A stretch of 43,502 bases of DNA from a virus. The stretch is taken from the IMG/VR virus record IMGVR_UViG_3300001750_000002, positions 1-43,502 of that record; one strand, given 5' to 3'. The position numbers were made by a program, and so were the translations under genes. The notes beneath the pieces were generated by a model. It was given only the letters and a program-made list of their open reading frames with translations, was not told where the DNA came from and did not search any database. Positions 30,632 through 39,821 of this stretch are shown piece after piece (position 1 is the stretch's first letter; each line of letters begins with the position of its first letter).

Positions 30632-31961
30632 CGAAGAGTTTGCGCTGACCGCCAAACAGGAGGAAGCGCGCGATCTTTTCGCCAGTTCAGCCACGAATAT
30701 CCTGCTTTATGGCGGAGCGCGGTCCGCTAAGACTTTCGCCATCCTACGGAACATCGTGAACCGGGCGCTGATGGCGCCCGGTTCGCGTCACGCCGTGCTC
30801 CGCCATCGGTTCAGCCACGTCAAGTCATCGGTGGTCCTGGACACCTTCCCCAAGATGATGAATCTGTGCTTCCCAGGGTGTCAGTACGTTCTGAACAAAT
30901 CCGATTGGTACGTGACACTGCCGAACAAGAGCGAGGTCTGGTTCGGCGGGCTCGACGACAAGGAGCGGACCGAGAAGATCCTCGGCAATGAGTATGTCAC
31001 GATATTCCTCAACGAGTGTTCGCAGATCAGTCGCGAGGCGTTCTTGATCGTGCAGACCAGGCTTGCGCAGAAGTGTCACTACATGCGCGACGGACAGCGC
31101 CGTGAGATGCGGCTCAAGATGTTGCTCGATGAGAACCCGCCGTTGCGCGGGCATTGGACTTATGTCCTGTTCATCGACAAGAAGGATCCGGAGACCAAGC
31201 GCCCGCTCAAAGAGCCGCACGATTACGCTCACCTGCAGATGAACCCGGCTGATAACGCCGCTAATCTGCCCGCTGCGTATCTCAGAATGCTCGAGGGCAT
31301 GCCGAAGCGACAGCGTGACCGGTTCTACCTTGGCATGTTCGGTTCGGCCGCTGAGGGAGCGCTGTGGACGACTGAGGTCATAGAGAGCTCGAAGGTTGCG
31401 GAGCATCCGACGCTGATCCGGATAGTGATCGCGGTCGATCCGTCCGGCTCGACGGGTGAGCCGGAGACCACGAACGACGACATCGGCATCAAGGTGGTTG
31501 GCTTGGGCGTCGACGGTCTGGCTTATGTGCTCGAAGATCTCACGCTTAACGCGGCGCCGGCGGTATGGGGCAAGGTGGTCGCCGATGCCTATGCTCGGCA
31601 TGAGGCCGATCGGGTGATTGGCGAGGCGAACTACGGCGGCGCGATGGTCGAGTTTGTGATCCGGGCCGCCGATCCGAATATCTCGTACAAGATGGTGCAC
31701 GCGTCGCGTAGCAAGATGCTGCGCGCTGAGCCGGTGAGTGCGTTGCACGAGCAGGGTAAGATCAAGCTCGTTGGTGATTTTCCCGATCTCGAAGACGAGT
31801 TGCTCAACGCGACGACAATGGGCTATACCGGAGCGAGGTCGCCGAACCGGCTCGACGCGTTCGTGTTCGCCGTTACTGAGCTGTTCCCAGGCGTCGTCAA
31901 GCCGAAGCAGGACCAGGCGTCGCTTGTGGTGCCGAACCTGCGTAGGGTCGGAGCAAGATAA
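30615..31961 (+). CDS. terL: terminase large subunit
   Basis: Walker A-like LLYGGARSAKTF, Walker B-like TIFLNECS, and a nuclease-domain aspartate context VIAVDPSGS. 448 aa. Followed by the portal gene. Confidence 0.85.
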   Translation: MQTALSEEFALTAKQEEARDLFASSATNILLYGGARSAKTFAILRNIVNRALMAPGSRHAVLRHRFSHVKSSVVLDTFPKMMNLCFPGCQYVLNKSDWYVTLPNKSEVWFGGLDDKERTEKILGNEYVTIFLNECSQISREAFLIVQTRLAQKCHYMRDGQRREMRLKMLLDENPPLRGHWTYVLFIDKKDPETKRPLKEPHDYAHLQMNPADNAANLPAAYLRMLEGMPKRQRDRFYLGMFGSAAEGALWTTEVIESSKVAEHPTLIRIVIAVDPSGSTGEPETTNDDIGIKVVGLGVDGLAYVLEDLTLNAAPAVWGKVVADAYARHEADRVIGEANYGGAMVEFVIRAADPNISYKMVHASRSKMLRAEPVSALHEQGKIKLVGDFPDLEDELLNATTMGYTGARSPNRLDAFVFAVTELFPGVVKPKQDQASLVVPNLRRVGAR

Positions 31962-31964
31962 AAC

Positions 31965-34070
31965 ATGCCGCGCACCTTCACCGTCGAGACCAGTACACCA
32001 CCGGGCGAACTGCCCATGGAGAAGCTCGAACGCTTCAAGCTGGACATCATAAACGACGGTGAGGTCGTAGACGATCAGCGTGACATGGCCAACGAAGACA
32101 TGCGCTTCGTGAACGTCGGCGGCGGCATGTGGGAGGGTTTTCTGACCGACACGCCGGATGTGCCGGATCGGGTCAAGCTCGAGCTGGACACGATTTCCAA
32201 CCCGCTGCAGCGGTTCATCGGCGAGTGGAACCTGAACCGTGTGGGTGTCGAGTACAAGCCAAATGACGGTGTCGCGACCGACGACGACGCGGAGCTGTTG
32301 AACGGCATCTATCGGGCGAATTTCCGTGATCACTCTGGCGGCGTGGCGACCGACAACGCGGTCAAGGAAGTGGCGACATGCGGCTACGGCGCGTTCAAGC
32401 TTGCGACTGCATTCGACGATGACGGAGACCCGGAGAACGAAGACCAGCACGTCGAATGGCGGCCGATATACAACGCATACAACGCGGTCTATTGGGACCA
32501 GGCAGCGCAGCGGATCGACAAGCGCGACGCACGTCACTGTACGGTGCTGGCAGAGTTCAGTCGCGCCAGTTTCGAGCGTGAATGGCCCGACAACAACCCG
32601 TCGAGCGCTTATACGCCGAACAACCGCATGTTCGAGAACCTCAACACGCGACAGCGTGAAGTGATCTACGTGGCGACGCGCTACGAGATCGTCAAAGTCA
32701 AAGAAACTGTCTTTATTTACAATAACTTGGCGACCGAAACCGTTGAGGTCTACAGCAAGGACGATCACGAGCTGATCAAGGATGAACTGCGCGCCGATGA
32801 CGCTCGGGTGTTCCGCCGTGAGCGCAAGGTCGTGACGCAACGCGTCGAGAAAACCGTGTTCAGCGGGCTCGATATCCTCGAAAATACGCGCCGGATCGCC
32901 GGCAAGTTTATCCCGATCGTGCCGATATACGGCTATCACGCATTCGTCGACGGTACGGAGCGGTATCGGGGCATCGTGCGCAAGCTCAAGGACGCCGCGC
33001 GGCTGTTCAACATGCAGATGTCGCAGCTCGCCGAGAACGCAGCCGGCGCCGGCCAGGAAGTGCCGATATTCCTGCGCGAACAGGTCCAAAGCCCGGACAT
33101 TTCGGCAGCTTGGGCTGACAAGAACAACAAGGCTTATCTGGTTATCGATCCGGCGACCGATCAGGACGGCAATATAATTGCGCCAGGTCCGATCAGTTAC
33201 TCCAAGCCCGCAGCGCTGGACGAGAGCACGACGACGTTGCTCGGTATAGTGCCGAACTACATCAAGGATGTCAGCGGTTTCGAGGTTGGCGAAGCGATCA
33301 AGAAAGAGACCAGCGGTAAGGCCCTGCGCGCGATGATGAAGCGCGAGAACATGAACACGCAGGTGATTAACGACAACATCGCCAACGCGATCGAGTGGTC
33401 GGGCGAGATATTCCAGGGCATGGCCGCTGAGATCTACACCACGCAGCGCCTGGTTAAGACGCTGAAGCGCGACGGCACCGACGGCAGCGCCGACCTGCAG
33501 GAAACCGTGATCGACGAAGAGACCGGCACGCTGGTTCAGACAAACGACCTGCGCGGCAAGCGGTTCAAATCGTATTCCGATGTCGGCCCGCAGTATGACA
33601 GCATGCGTGAGGAGACGGTCGAGGACCTGAAAGGTATGTTGGAGATCCTGCCGACTGTGCAGGGCGGCGAGCGCTATATGCCGGTGCTCTTGTCCGTTCT
33701 CATGAACAACATTCACGGTGTCGGGCTCGATCCGATCAAAGATTTCAACCGGCAGCTCATGCTCGAGCAGGGCTTGGCTGAGCCGGAGACGCCCGAGGAA
33801 GAGAAAATGCTGCGGAACCTGCAACAGCAGGCGCAGCAGCCGAACGCACAGACCAAGCTTGTCGAGGCCGCGACCGCGCAGCAAGAGGCTGAAGCACGCA
33901 ATCTGGATGCGGCCAGCTTGCAGAAGGTCGCTGACGCCAATCTGAAGGACGCTCAGACAGTCGAGACGCTGTCAGATGTCGGCGTCAATAAGGCTAAGGT
34001 GGCAGTGCAGGCTGCGCAGACACGGGCGAAAGCTCGAGAGGGCCTGAACGGCAGCGCAAGGGTCAATTAG
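31965..34070 (+). CDS. portal protein (P22-like, long C-terminal helical region)
   Basis: 701 aa, directly after TerL. The Gln/Ala-rich helical C-terminus (...NLQQQAQQPNAQTKLVEAATAQQEAEARNLDAASLQKVADANLKDAQ...) is reminiscent of the P22 portal barrel. Neighbouring genes are clearly P22-like. Confidence 0.8.
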   Translation: MPRTFTVETSTPPGELPMEKLERFKLDIINDGEVVDDQRDMANEDMRFVNVGGGMWEGFLTDTPDVPDRVKLELDTISNPLQRFIGEWNLNRVGVEYKPNDGVATDDDAELLNGIYRANFRDHSGGVATDNAVKEVATCGYGAFKLATAFDDDGDPENEDQHVEWRPIYNAYNAVYWDQAAQRIDKRDARHCTVLAEFSRASFEREWPDNNPSSAYTPNNRMFENLNTRQREVIYVATRYEIVKVKETVFIYNNLATETVEVYSKDDHELIKDELRADDARVFRRERKVVTQRVEKTVFSGLDILENTRRIAGKFIPIVPIYGYHAFVDGTERYRGIVRKLKDAARLFNMQMSQLAENAAGAGQEVPIFLREQVQSPDISAAWADKNNKAYLVIDPATDQDGNIIAPGPISYSKPAALDESTTTLLGIVPNYIKDVSGFEVGEAIKKETSGKALRAMMKRENMNTQVINDNIANAIEWSGEIFQGMAAEIYTTQRLVKTLKRDGTDGSADLQETVIDEETGTLVQTNDLRGKRFKSYSDVGPQYDSMREETVEDLKGMLEILPTVQGGERYMPVLLSVLMNNIHGVGLDPIKDFNRQLMLEQGLAEPETPEEEKMLRNLQQQAQQPNAQTKLVEAATAQQEAEARNLDAASLQKVADANLKDAQTVETLSDVGVNKAKVAVQAAQTRAKAREGLNGSARVN

Positions 34071-34188
34071 ATGGCCGTTTGCGTTCACGTGCCGACTGTG
34101 TTACCGATTTGACTACGGTTACCGGACCGCAAAACCGGGTTGGCCGAACCGGACATGGCCGCACTCGATACTCATACCGAGGTTAAAC

Positions 34189-35109
34189 ATGAGCGATAAA
34201 GCGAAAGAGCTGAGCGAAGACGACGAGACGAAAACCGAAGCAGAGCTCAAAGACGCCGAGATCGAGCCGTCAGATGACGGCACGGAAGGAGCTGAAGGGG
34301 CCGATGCCGAAGAAGCCGAGATCGTCCTTGCCGGTGACGAGGGCTCGCAACCCGGTAACGAGAACCTTGGAATACGGAGACGCGTAAATAAGCTCAACGC
34401 CAAAGTGGCGGCGGCTCAAGACAGTAAGACAGCGGCCGAGGCTGCGTTGGACGTGGAGAAGGAACGCAACAGGTTGTTGCAGCTCGCTCTCGACCAGCAA
34501 GGTGACGGCACACCGGAAATACCGGATCCGAACGACTTCGACGATGGCGCGGCCGATCCGAAATATATCTCGGCTTTGCAGGCGCACATCACCAAAGGCG
34601 TTCTGGAAAATGTTGAGAAGTCGCAAGCGGCACAGCCGGCACCGCAACGTGCACCGGATCTCGAGGCCAAACAGGTCAAGCACTACAAGAGAGCCGACAC
34701 GTTGAAGGTGCGGGACTATGACGACACGGAGGACAAGGCTATCACCATTTTGGGACAAGATATCTCAAACCAGGTGATCGCATCCACCGAGAAGTCGCCG
34801 GAAATCCTCTACTATCTGGGGAAAAACCCGGGCCGCGCAGAGGAAATCGCAGAGCTTATCAAAACCGATCCGATCAAAGGTGTCTTGGAGATTGGAAAGC
34901 TGGAAGCGCGACTGACCGTCAAGCCGAAAGCGCCGAGCGACCCCGCACCGGACCCGGATGCCGAACTTGAAGGTGGAGTGTCACCAAAAGCCGCGACCGA
35001 CTACGAGCGCAAGCTCGATAAGTTGCGGACGAAAGCGCAAGAAACGGGCGATCTCGCCCCGATCATCGCCTTCAAGAAGGAACATGCGGCCCGGGCCAAC
35101 CAAGGATAG
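34189..35109 (+). CDS. scaffolding protein
   Basis: Lies between the portal and coat genes. Acidic N-terminus (ELSEDDETKTEAELKDAEIEPSDDGTEGAEGADAEEAE), helical and charged throughout. 306 aa. Confidence 0.65.
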   Translation: MSDKAKELSEDDETKTEAELKDAEIEPSDDGTEGAEGADAEEAEIVLAGDEGSQPGNENLGIRRRVNKLNAKVAAAQDSKTAAEAALDVEKERNRLLQLALDQQGDGTPEIPDPNDFDDGAADPKYISALQAHITKGVLENVEKSQAAQPAPQRAPDLEAKQVKHYKRADTLKVRDYDDTEDKAITILGQDISNQVIASTEKSPEILYYLGKNPGRAEEIAELIKTDPIKGVLEIGKLEARLTVKPKAPSDPAPDPDAELEGGVSPKAATDYERKLDKLRTKAQETGDLAPIIAFKKEHAARANQG

Positions 35110-35115
35110 GCTCTC

Positions 35116-36399
35116 ATGGCCAATGCATTTTCAAAGGAAGAGATCGTTTTCTTCGAACGGGTGATCGAAGGTTTCGACCCGAACAACATCACCGCGCGGC
35201 AGGTTCAGAAGTTCAAGCCGCCCTCCACCGATTTCGAGCGTTCCGCGCTTACGGTTCATCGTCCGGCCCCCTACATCCCGGTCGGTGGCGAGGGCCTGAC
35301 GATCTCGACCTTCTCTGACCGCACGCAGCTTTCCGTTCCCTCCACGCTGAACGCGAACGACGCGGCGCCCTCGGACATCAAGAACGTTCCGTTCAAGATG
35401 AACGCAGTCGAGCTCAATGATCCGCTGCAGCGCAACCGGATCGCTGACGGCGCTGTGCAGCAGCTCTCGGCCATCGCTGACAGCACGATCGCCACGGAAG
35501 TCGCCAAGCGCGGTTCGCTGTTCATCAAGAACGGCGGCCCGATCGATACCTACGGCGAGGTCGCACAGGCCGAGGAGCTCATGTCGATCCGTGACGTGCC
35601 GATCATGATGGCGCGCACGATCATCATGAACCCCCGCGACTACAATACTGTCGCCGGTGACCTGGCCAACCGCGATGCGCCTCCGACCGGCGTCTCGTTG
35701 ACCGCTTTCGAACGCTCGCGCATCCCGACTGTCGCCACGTTCGACAGCTTCAAGGCCAATTTCATGCCGACGCAGGCGCTCACTGCGGCTGCCGGCTATC
35801 TGGTCAACGGTGCCAACCAGGATCATGATCCGCTGGCGACCGACGGTAACGGCAACAATGTCGACAACCGGATCCAGGATCTGATCATCGATACCGGCGC
35901 CGGCGTGATCAACGAAGGCGACGCCTTCACGATCGCCGGCGTGTTCGCGGTTTCGCACATCCACAAGAACGTTACGTCGGAGTTGCAGACCTTCCGCGTC
36001 ACGTCGACGGCGGCCGCAGCCGGCGCGCAGACGATCGCGATCACACCTGCGATTGTTGTCTCCGGTGGTGGCGGCGGTGCACAGGCGAATATCGACTACG
36101 CCAACTGCAGCGCCATTCCGGCGGACAATGCGGCACTTACGTTCTTGAACCTGACCGCTGATCAGCCGTCGAACATCTTTTTCGCGAACGACGCGGTCGA
36201 GATCGTCCACGGCTCGCTTGCGACCATGGACCTGGACGGCGCCGGCGTGTCGACCATGCGCATGGCGACCGACAGCGGGATCGAGATCCTGTTCGCCAAG
36301 GGCGCCAGTGTCGCCGACCTGCATACGGACTATCGCCTGACCATGTGGATGGCGGGCAACGTCCTTGTGCCGGAGATGTGCGGCAACCTGATCGTCTGA
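35116..36399 (+). CDS. major capsid (coat) protein, P22 gp5-like
   Basis: 427 aa (P22 coat is 430 aa). GDAFTIAGVFAVSHIHKNVTSELQTFRV, NIFFANDAVEIVHGS and YRLTMWMAGNVLVPE parallel P22 [43 protein letters not shown] and CRIALWYGVNATRPE, recalled from memory. Confidence 0.85.
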   Translation: MANAFSKEEIVFFERVIEGFDPNNITARQVQKFKPPSTDFERSALTVHRPAPYIPVGGEGLTISTFSDRTQLSVPSTLNANDAAPSDIKNVPFKMNAVELNDPLQRNRIADGAVQQLSAIADSTIATEVAKRGSLFIKNGGPIDTYGEVAQAEELMSIRDVPIMMARTIIMNPRDYNTVAGDLANRDAPPTGVSLTAFERSRIPTVATFDSFKANFMPTQALTAAAGYLVNGANQDHDPLATDGNGNNVDNRIQDLIIDTGAGVINEGDAFTIAGVFAVSHIHKNVTSELQTFRVTSTAAAAGAQTIAITPAIVVSGGGGGAQANIDYANCSAIPADNAALTFLNLTADQPSNIFFANDAVEIVHGSLATMDLDGAGVSTMRMATDSGIEILFAKGASVADLHTDYRLTMWMAGNVLVPEMCGNLIV

Positions 36400-36426
36400 T
36401 CGACCTTGCCAGGACGTAACCAGGGG

Positions 36427-36443
36427 GCGGGCGCGCTGCCCGC
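36427..36443 (+). terminator. GC-rich hairpin after the coat gene (possible partial terminator)
   Basis: GCGGGC-GCGCT-GCCCGC (6 bp, extendable by G-U and G-C pairs). No downstream U-run. Confidence 0.25.
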
Positions 36444-36469
36444 TCCGACAAACCAGAGGAAAAAGCTTG

Positions 36470-36727
36470 ATGTCTGTGGAATACGAAGAAGATTGCATCT
36501 GTCTCTACAAAGGCGATGAGGTGCGCACTTTCTCCAAGCATGAGGTCGAGGACGCTCTGGACAACGGGTGGAGAGACAATCCGGCCGACGCGCAGTCTAA
36601 ACCGCCCAAGACCAAAGCCGCGAAGACCGAGATGGCGGCGGAAACCGCCGCTGCTGAGCCGGTGACTGAACCCGATACCGCCGCGGCTCCCCAGACACGG
36701 CGGCGCCGTGCGGCGGTGGCCGAGTAG
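36470..36727 (+). CDS. hypothetical protein
   Basis: ATG 36470 follows AGAGGAAAAAG (the track start at 36467 is TTG). 85 aa with an Ala/Pro/Glu-rich tail. Confidence 0.5.
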   Translation: MSVEYEEDCICLYKGDEVRTFSKHEVEDALDNGWRDNPADAQSKPPKTKAAKTEMAAETAAAEPVTEPDTAAAPQTRRRRAAVAE

Positions 36728-36730
36728 ACC

Positions 36731-37180
36731 ATGTCCGACGGCACGTCCATAATCAAAGACGCGCTCGCGGATATCGGCGTGTCGTCGGTCGTTTCCCCGC
36801 CGTCACCCCAAGCGATCGAGACCGGACGGAAAAAGCTCAATTCCATGATGGAGTTGTGGCTGTCTCGCGATATCCGGCTCGGTACGACACCGCTCGAGGC
36901 CGCAGGTGACGAGCTCAACGAGCCCGATGATGCGCGCGAAGCTATCGTGTCCAATCTGGCGCTTCGGCTCGCACCGGCATTCTCGAACGGCAAGCAGATC
37001 GTGACGGCGGAGCTCAAGAACACCGCGCGCGACGATTTCGCTCAGATCAAGTCGCTCTATGGCGCGCTCATCATTCCTGATAAGGTCGTATCGTCCACGC
37101 TGCCGACCGGCGCGGGCAACAAGATCGGTTTCACCCGCCGCCGTACCTTCTTCCCCAAGGGCTCCACCTTGGACAACTGA
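36731..37180 (+). CDS. head-completion / tail adaptor protein, P22 gp4-like
   Basis: IIKDALADIGVSS..., NSMMELW..., NLALRLAPAF... and ...STLPTGAGNK parallel P22 gp4 LVRAALRKLGVAS, LEAMMAEW, NLACRIAPDY and SRMPTGSGN, recalled from memory. Confidence 0.75.
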   Translation: MSDGTSIIKDALADIGVSSVVSPPSPQAIETGRKKLNSMMELWLSRDIRLGTTPLEAAGDELNEPDDAREAIVSNLALRLAPAFSNGKQIVTAELKNTARDDFAQIKSLYGALIIPDKVVSSTLPTGAGNKIGFTRRRTFFPKGSTLDN

Positions 37181-37189
37181 GGCGCTTGA

Positions 37190-38554
37190 ATGCCCCGTAT
37201 TCCGCTGCCCACGGGTCTGATAGGGAATGAAGGCCTGCCGCGGACTCGGCAGGCGCTCACGAACTGCTTCAACACCGGCGATAACACGATCATCTCGCGG
37301 CCTGGGATCGAGAGCCTGGCGACGACCGGACGTGTTGCGCGCGGACAGTTCGTATGGAATGAGGCGCTGTACCAGGTCGTCAGCGAGGACCTGATCCAGA
37401 TCACCGATCCGGCGACCGGCGCCAACACGAACATCGGCACGGTCCTCGGCAATGCCGTGATCGACACCGCGATCGGCTTCAATGAAGCGGTTATCCTGGT
37501 CAAGGGCGGTGCGATCTATTCGCTCGACAATGCAAACGCGCTCACGCTGATCTCCGGTAACGCAAATTTCGTGCCGTGTGATGCCGTGGCGCATATCGAT
37601 GGCCGGTTCGTCTATATCCCGACGAGCGGCGATCCGGCGTTCTTCTCCGATGTCGGCGACGCTGGTACGGTCCAGCCCGAAAGCTTTTTCGACGCCGAGG
37701 AGCTACCGGACAAGAACACGACCGTTTTCAACCTGCGGAACACGCTCTACATCGGCGGTACGGACAGTTTTGAGCTATTCCGCGACACCGGCGCCTCGCC
37801 CAACCCATTCACCCGCCTGACCGGCGCGCGGATCGACTTCGGTTTCATCAGCGCGCTCGTGGCTTATGCCGATACGTTCTATTTCCTCGGGCGGGAGAAG
37901 GATCAGGACTTCGGCATCTATGCGATCGGGCAGGGGCGCGCCGAGAAGGTATCGAATGAGGCGATCGACGAGATCTTGGCCTCATATCTGCCAGCAGGCC
38001 GCGCGGCGGCCACTGCAGAGCGGTTCAAATGGCGCGGCTACGACATGCTCACGTTCACGCTTGCGGCCGATGCGTTTGGTTTACATAACGGCAACTGGTT
38101 TTTGCTGACCTCACTGAATCAGGGTGTGGTGACAGCATGGAGCGGCGGTTTCATAAATCAGTTCGAGGGCACCTATTACACCGCTTTCGGCGCCAATATC
38201 GGGCGTTTGAGTGATGTGAACACGGATTACGGAGCAGAGATACGCCGGACGATAGATCTCGCCTTCGAACATCCCGACAACGAGTTTTTTGCCTGTCAGA
38301 GCCTCACAATGGGCCTGTCGCAAGGTTTCAACGCCGCGGTCGGCACCGTAGGACTGGCCATAAGCCGGAACAATGTCGAATATGGCGAGTTCATATTTCG
38401 CGATTTGGGCGCTGTAGGCGAATACACGACGCATTTGGAGTGGAACGAACCGGGTGGCCTCGGGGCCTACGACGGATTCATGGGCATGCGCATCTACACG
38501 ACACAAGATGTCATTTTCAGCGCGAACGCGCTGTCGGCATATTTCAGAGGCTAG
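37190..38554 (+). CDS. tail hub protein, P22 gp10-like
   Basis: 454 aa (P22 gp10 is 472 aa). Immediately follows the gp4-like gene. N-terminal MPRIPLPTGLIGNEG...ISRPGIE... has the general shape of the gp10 N-terminus. Similarity was judged by eye only. Confidence 0.65.
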   Translation: MPRIPLPTGLIGNEGLPRTRQALTNCFNTGDNTIISRPGIESLATTGRVARGQFVWNEALYQVVSEDLIQITDPATGANTNIGTVLGNAVIDTAIGFNEAVILVKGGAIYSLDNANALTLISGNANFVPCDAVAHIDGRFVYIPTSGDPAFFSDVGDAGTVQPESFFDAEELPDKNTTVFNLRNTLYIGGTDSFELFRDTGASPNPFTRLTGARIDFGFISALVAYADTFYFLGREKDQDFGIYAIGQGRAEKVSNEAIDEILASYLPAGRAAATAERFKWRGYDMLTFTLAADAFGLHNGNWFLLTSLNQGVVTAWSGGFINQFEGTYYTAFGANIGRLSDVNTDYGAEIRRTIDLAFEHPDNEFFACQSLTMGLSQGFNAAVGTVGLAISRNNVEYGEFIFRDLGAVGEYTTHLEWNEPGGLGAYDGFMGMRIYTTQDVIFSANALSAYFRG

Positions 38555-38560
38555 GACACG

Positions 38561-38842
38561 ATGAAAGTCGTCTCGATACCGGAGCATGGCGATGCACTCA
38601 CCGAGGGGAACGGCGAGGCAACGCGGCTGTTTCAGGCCTTTCTTGATGAAATCGTGCAGCGACTGAACGACAATCTGCTTGGAACGCAGGTGCAGCTCGC
38701 AACTTATACAGTTACGACGCTGCCTTCGGCGACGGCGGCCGGCGGATTGATCTATGTGTTCGATGAAGTGGGGGGAAGTACCCCTGCGTTTAGCGACGGA
38801 ATTGCGTGGCGACGAGTATCAGACCGAGCTATCGTTTCCTGA
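38561..38842 (+). CDS. hypothetical virion-module protein
   Basis: 93 aa. ...YTVTTLPSATAAGGLIYVFDEVGGSTPAFSDGIAWRRV resembles a short motif common in phage tail-associated proteins. Confidence 0.5.
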   Translation: MKVVSIPEHGDALTEGNGEATRLFQAFLDEIVQRLNDNLLGTQVQLATYTVTTLPSATAAGGLIYVFDEVGGSTPAFSDGIAWRRVSDRAIVS

Positions 38843-38859
38843 TAATAAGGCGATTAGCT

Positions 38860-39375
38860 GTGGACATTGAATATTTGAAAGATGTTCTGGAGTATAGGGA
38901 TGGACATCTATTCTGGAAATACGATGAGAATAAGCGTGCTGGATGGAATACTCGATATGCTGGACAGGAAGCAGGGTGCTTCGATAAAGATCTATACATA
39001 ATGATACGTCTTAGACCAAACGACAGGAACGGTCTTAGCAAACAAAAAAGCCTGAAGGCACACCGAATAATCTTTGCGATGCATCACGGTTTTTGGCCAG
39101 ACATGCTCGATCACATAAATGGTGATGCTACTGATAATAGGATAGAGAATTTACGCGAGGCGACAGCATCTCAGAATGCCATAAACGCGAAAACGCGGCG
39201 CGATAGCGTGACAGGGCAAAAAGGTGTGACGCTTAGAAAAAACGGAAAGTATCAAGCCAGAATATCCAGGGAAAGAAAGCAGTACTGGCTTGGCGTATTT
39301 GAGGTTTTTGAGGATGCGGTGGCCGCTTATAAAGCTGCCGAGAAGCGTATTCACGGTGAGTGGGCCTGTTCATGA
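38860..39375 (+). CDS. HNH homing endonuclease with AP2 DNA-binding domain
   Basis: Probable GTG start at 38860 (the track start at 38806 overlaps the upstream gene). HRIIFAMHHGFWPDMLDHINGDATDNRIENLREATASQN (HNH_3), then KGVTLRKNGKYQARISRERKQYWLGVFEVFEDAVAAYKAAE (AP2). The first 60 nt are about 37% GC by hand count. Confidence 0.8.
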   Translation: MDIEYLKDVLEYRDGHLFWKYDENKRAGWNTRYAGQEAGCFDKDLYIMIRLRPNDRNGLSKQKSLKAHRIIFAMHHGFWPDMLDHINGDATDNRIENLREATASQNAINAKTRRDSVTGQKGVTLRKNGKYQARISRERKQYWLGVFEVFEDAVAAYKAAEKRIHGEWACS

Positions 39376-39821
39376 TCGAACGGATTTTCGATTACCGGCG
39401 CGCAAGGAAGTTGGCCGACGACAATCCGGCGGAGGGTTTGGGTAAGTGGCGTCTTGTGATTTCCCGCGATTATTACTACCTGCTCGAGACGTTCCAGCTC
39501 ACTCGGACCGGGCCGCCGCTTGATTTAGGGATGTGGGTATTCGAGCCTGACGACGACGTCGGGCCGACGACCTATCAGATGCACGCAGCCATGGGCCCGC
39601 ATTGTCGCGGCCGACGCGCCATCTACAGCGGCTTGACCGCGATCGAGTGGATGTACGACAATACCGACTGTAACGAGATCCTGGCATCGGTGCCGGTCCA
39701 TCTCCGCCATGCTCAACGAATACCGCGCGCGGCCGGGCTCGAATTCGTTGGTGTGCAAGACGACATAAAGCTATACCGGATGACGAGAGACCGGTTCCGT
39801 AACATGGAAATGAGCGCATAA
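39372..39821 (+). CDS. hypothetical protein
   Basis: ATG 39372 (ATGA overlap with the HNH stop) is in frame with track ORF 39360-39821. 149 aa. No secure motif. Confidence 0.5.
   Translation: MIERIFDYRRARKLADDNPAEGLGKWRLVISRDYYYLLETFQLTRTGPPLDLGMWVFEPDDDVGPTTYQMHAAMGPHCRGRRAIYSGLTAIEWMYDNTDCNEILASVPVHLRHAQRIPRAAGLEFVGVQDDIKLYRMTRDRFRNMEMSA

Noticed and set aside
30825-33884. 1019-aa ORF on the minus strand, the longest ORF in the window
   Set aside because: It runs antisense to the clearly recognisable terminase large subunit and portal genes. The product is Arg/Leu/His/Val-rich low-complexity sequence with no motifs. Long open antisense frames are expected in GC-rich coding DNA.
35131-36498. 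455-aa minus-strand ORF
   Set aside because: It is antisense to the P22-like coat gene and has an Arg/Asp/Gly-rich composition typical of a shadow frame.
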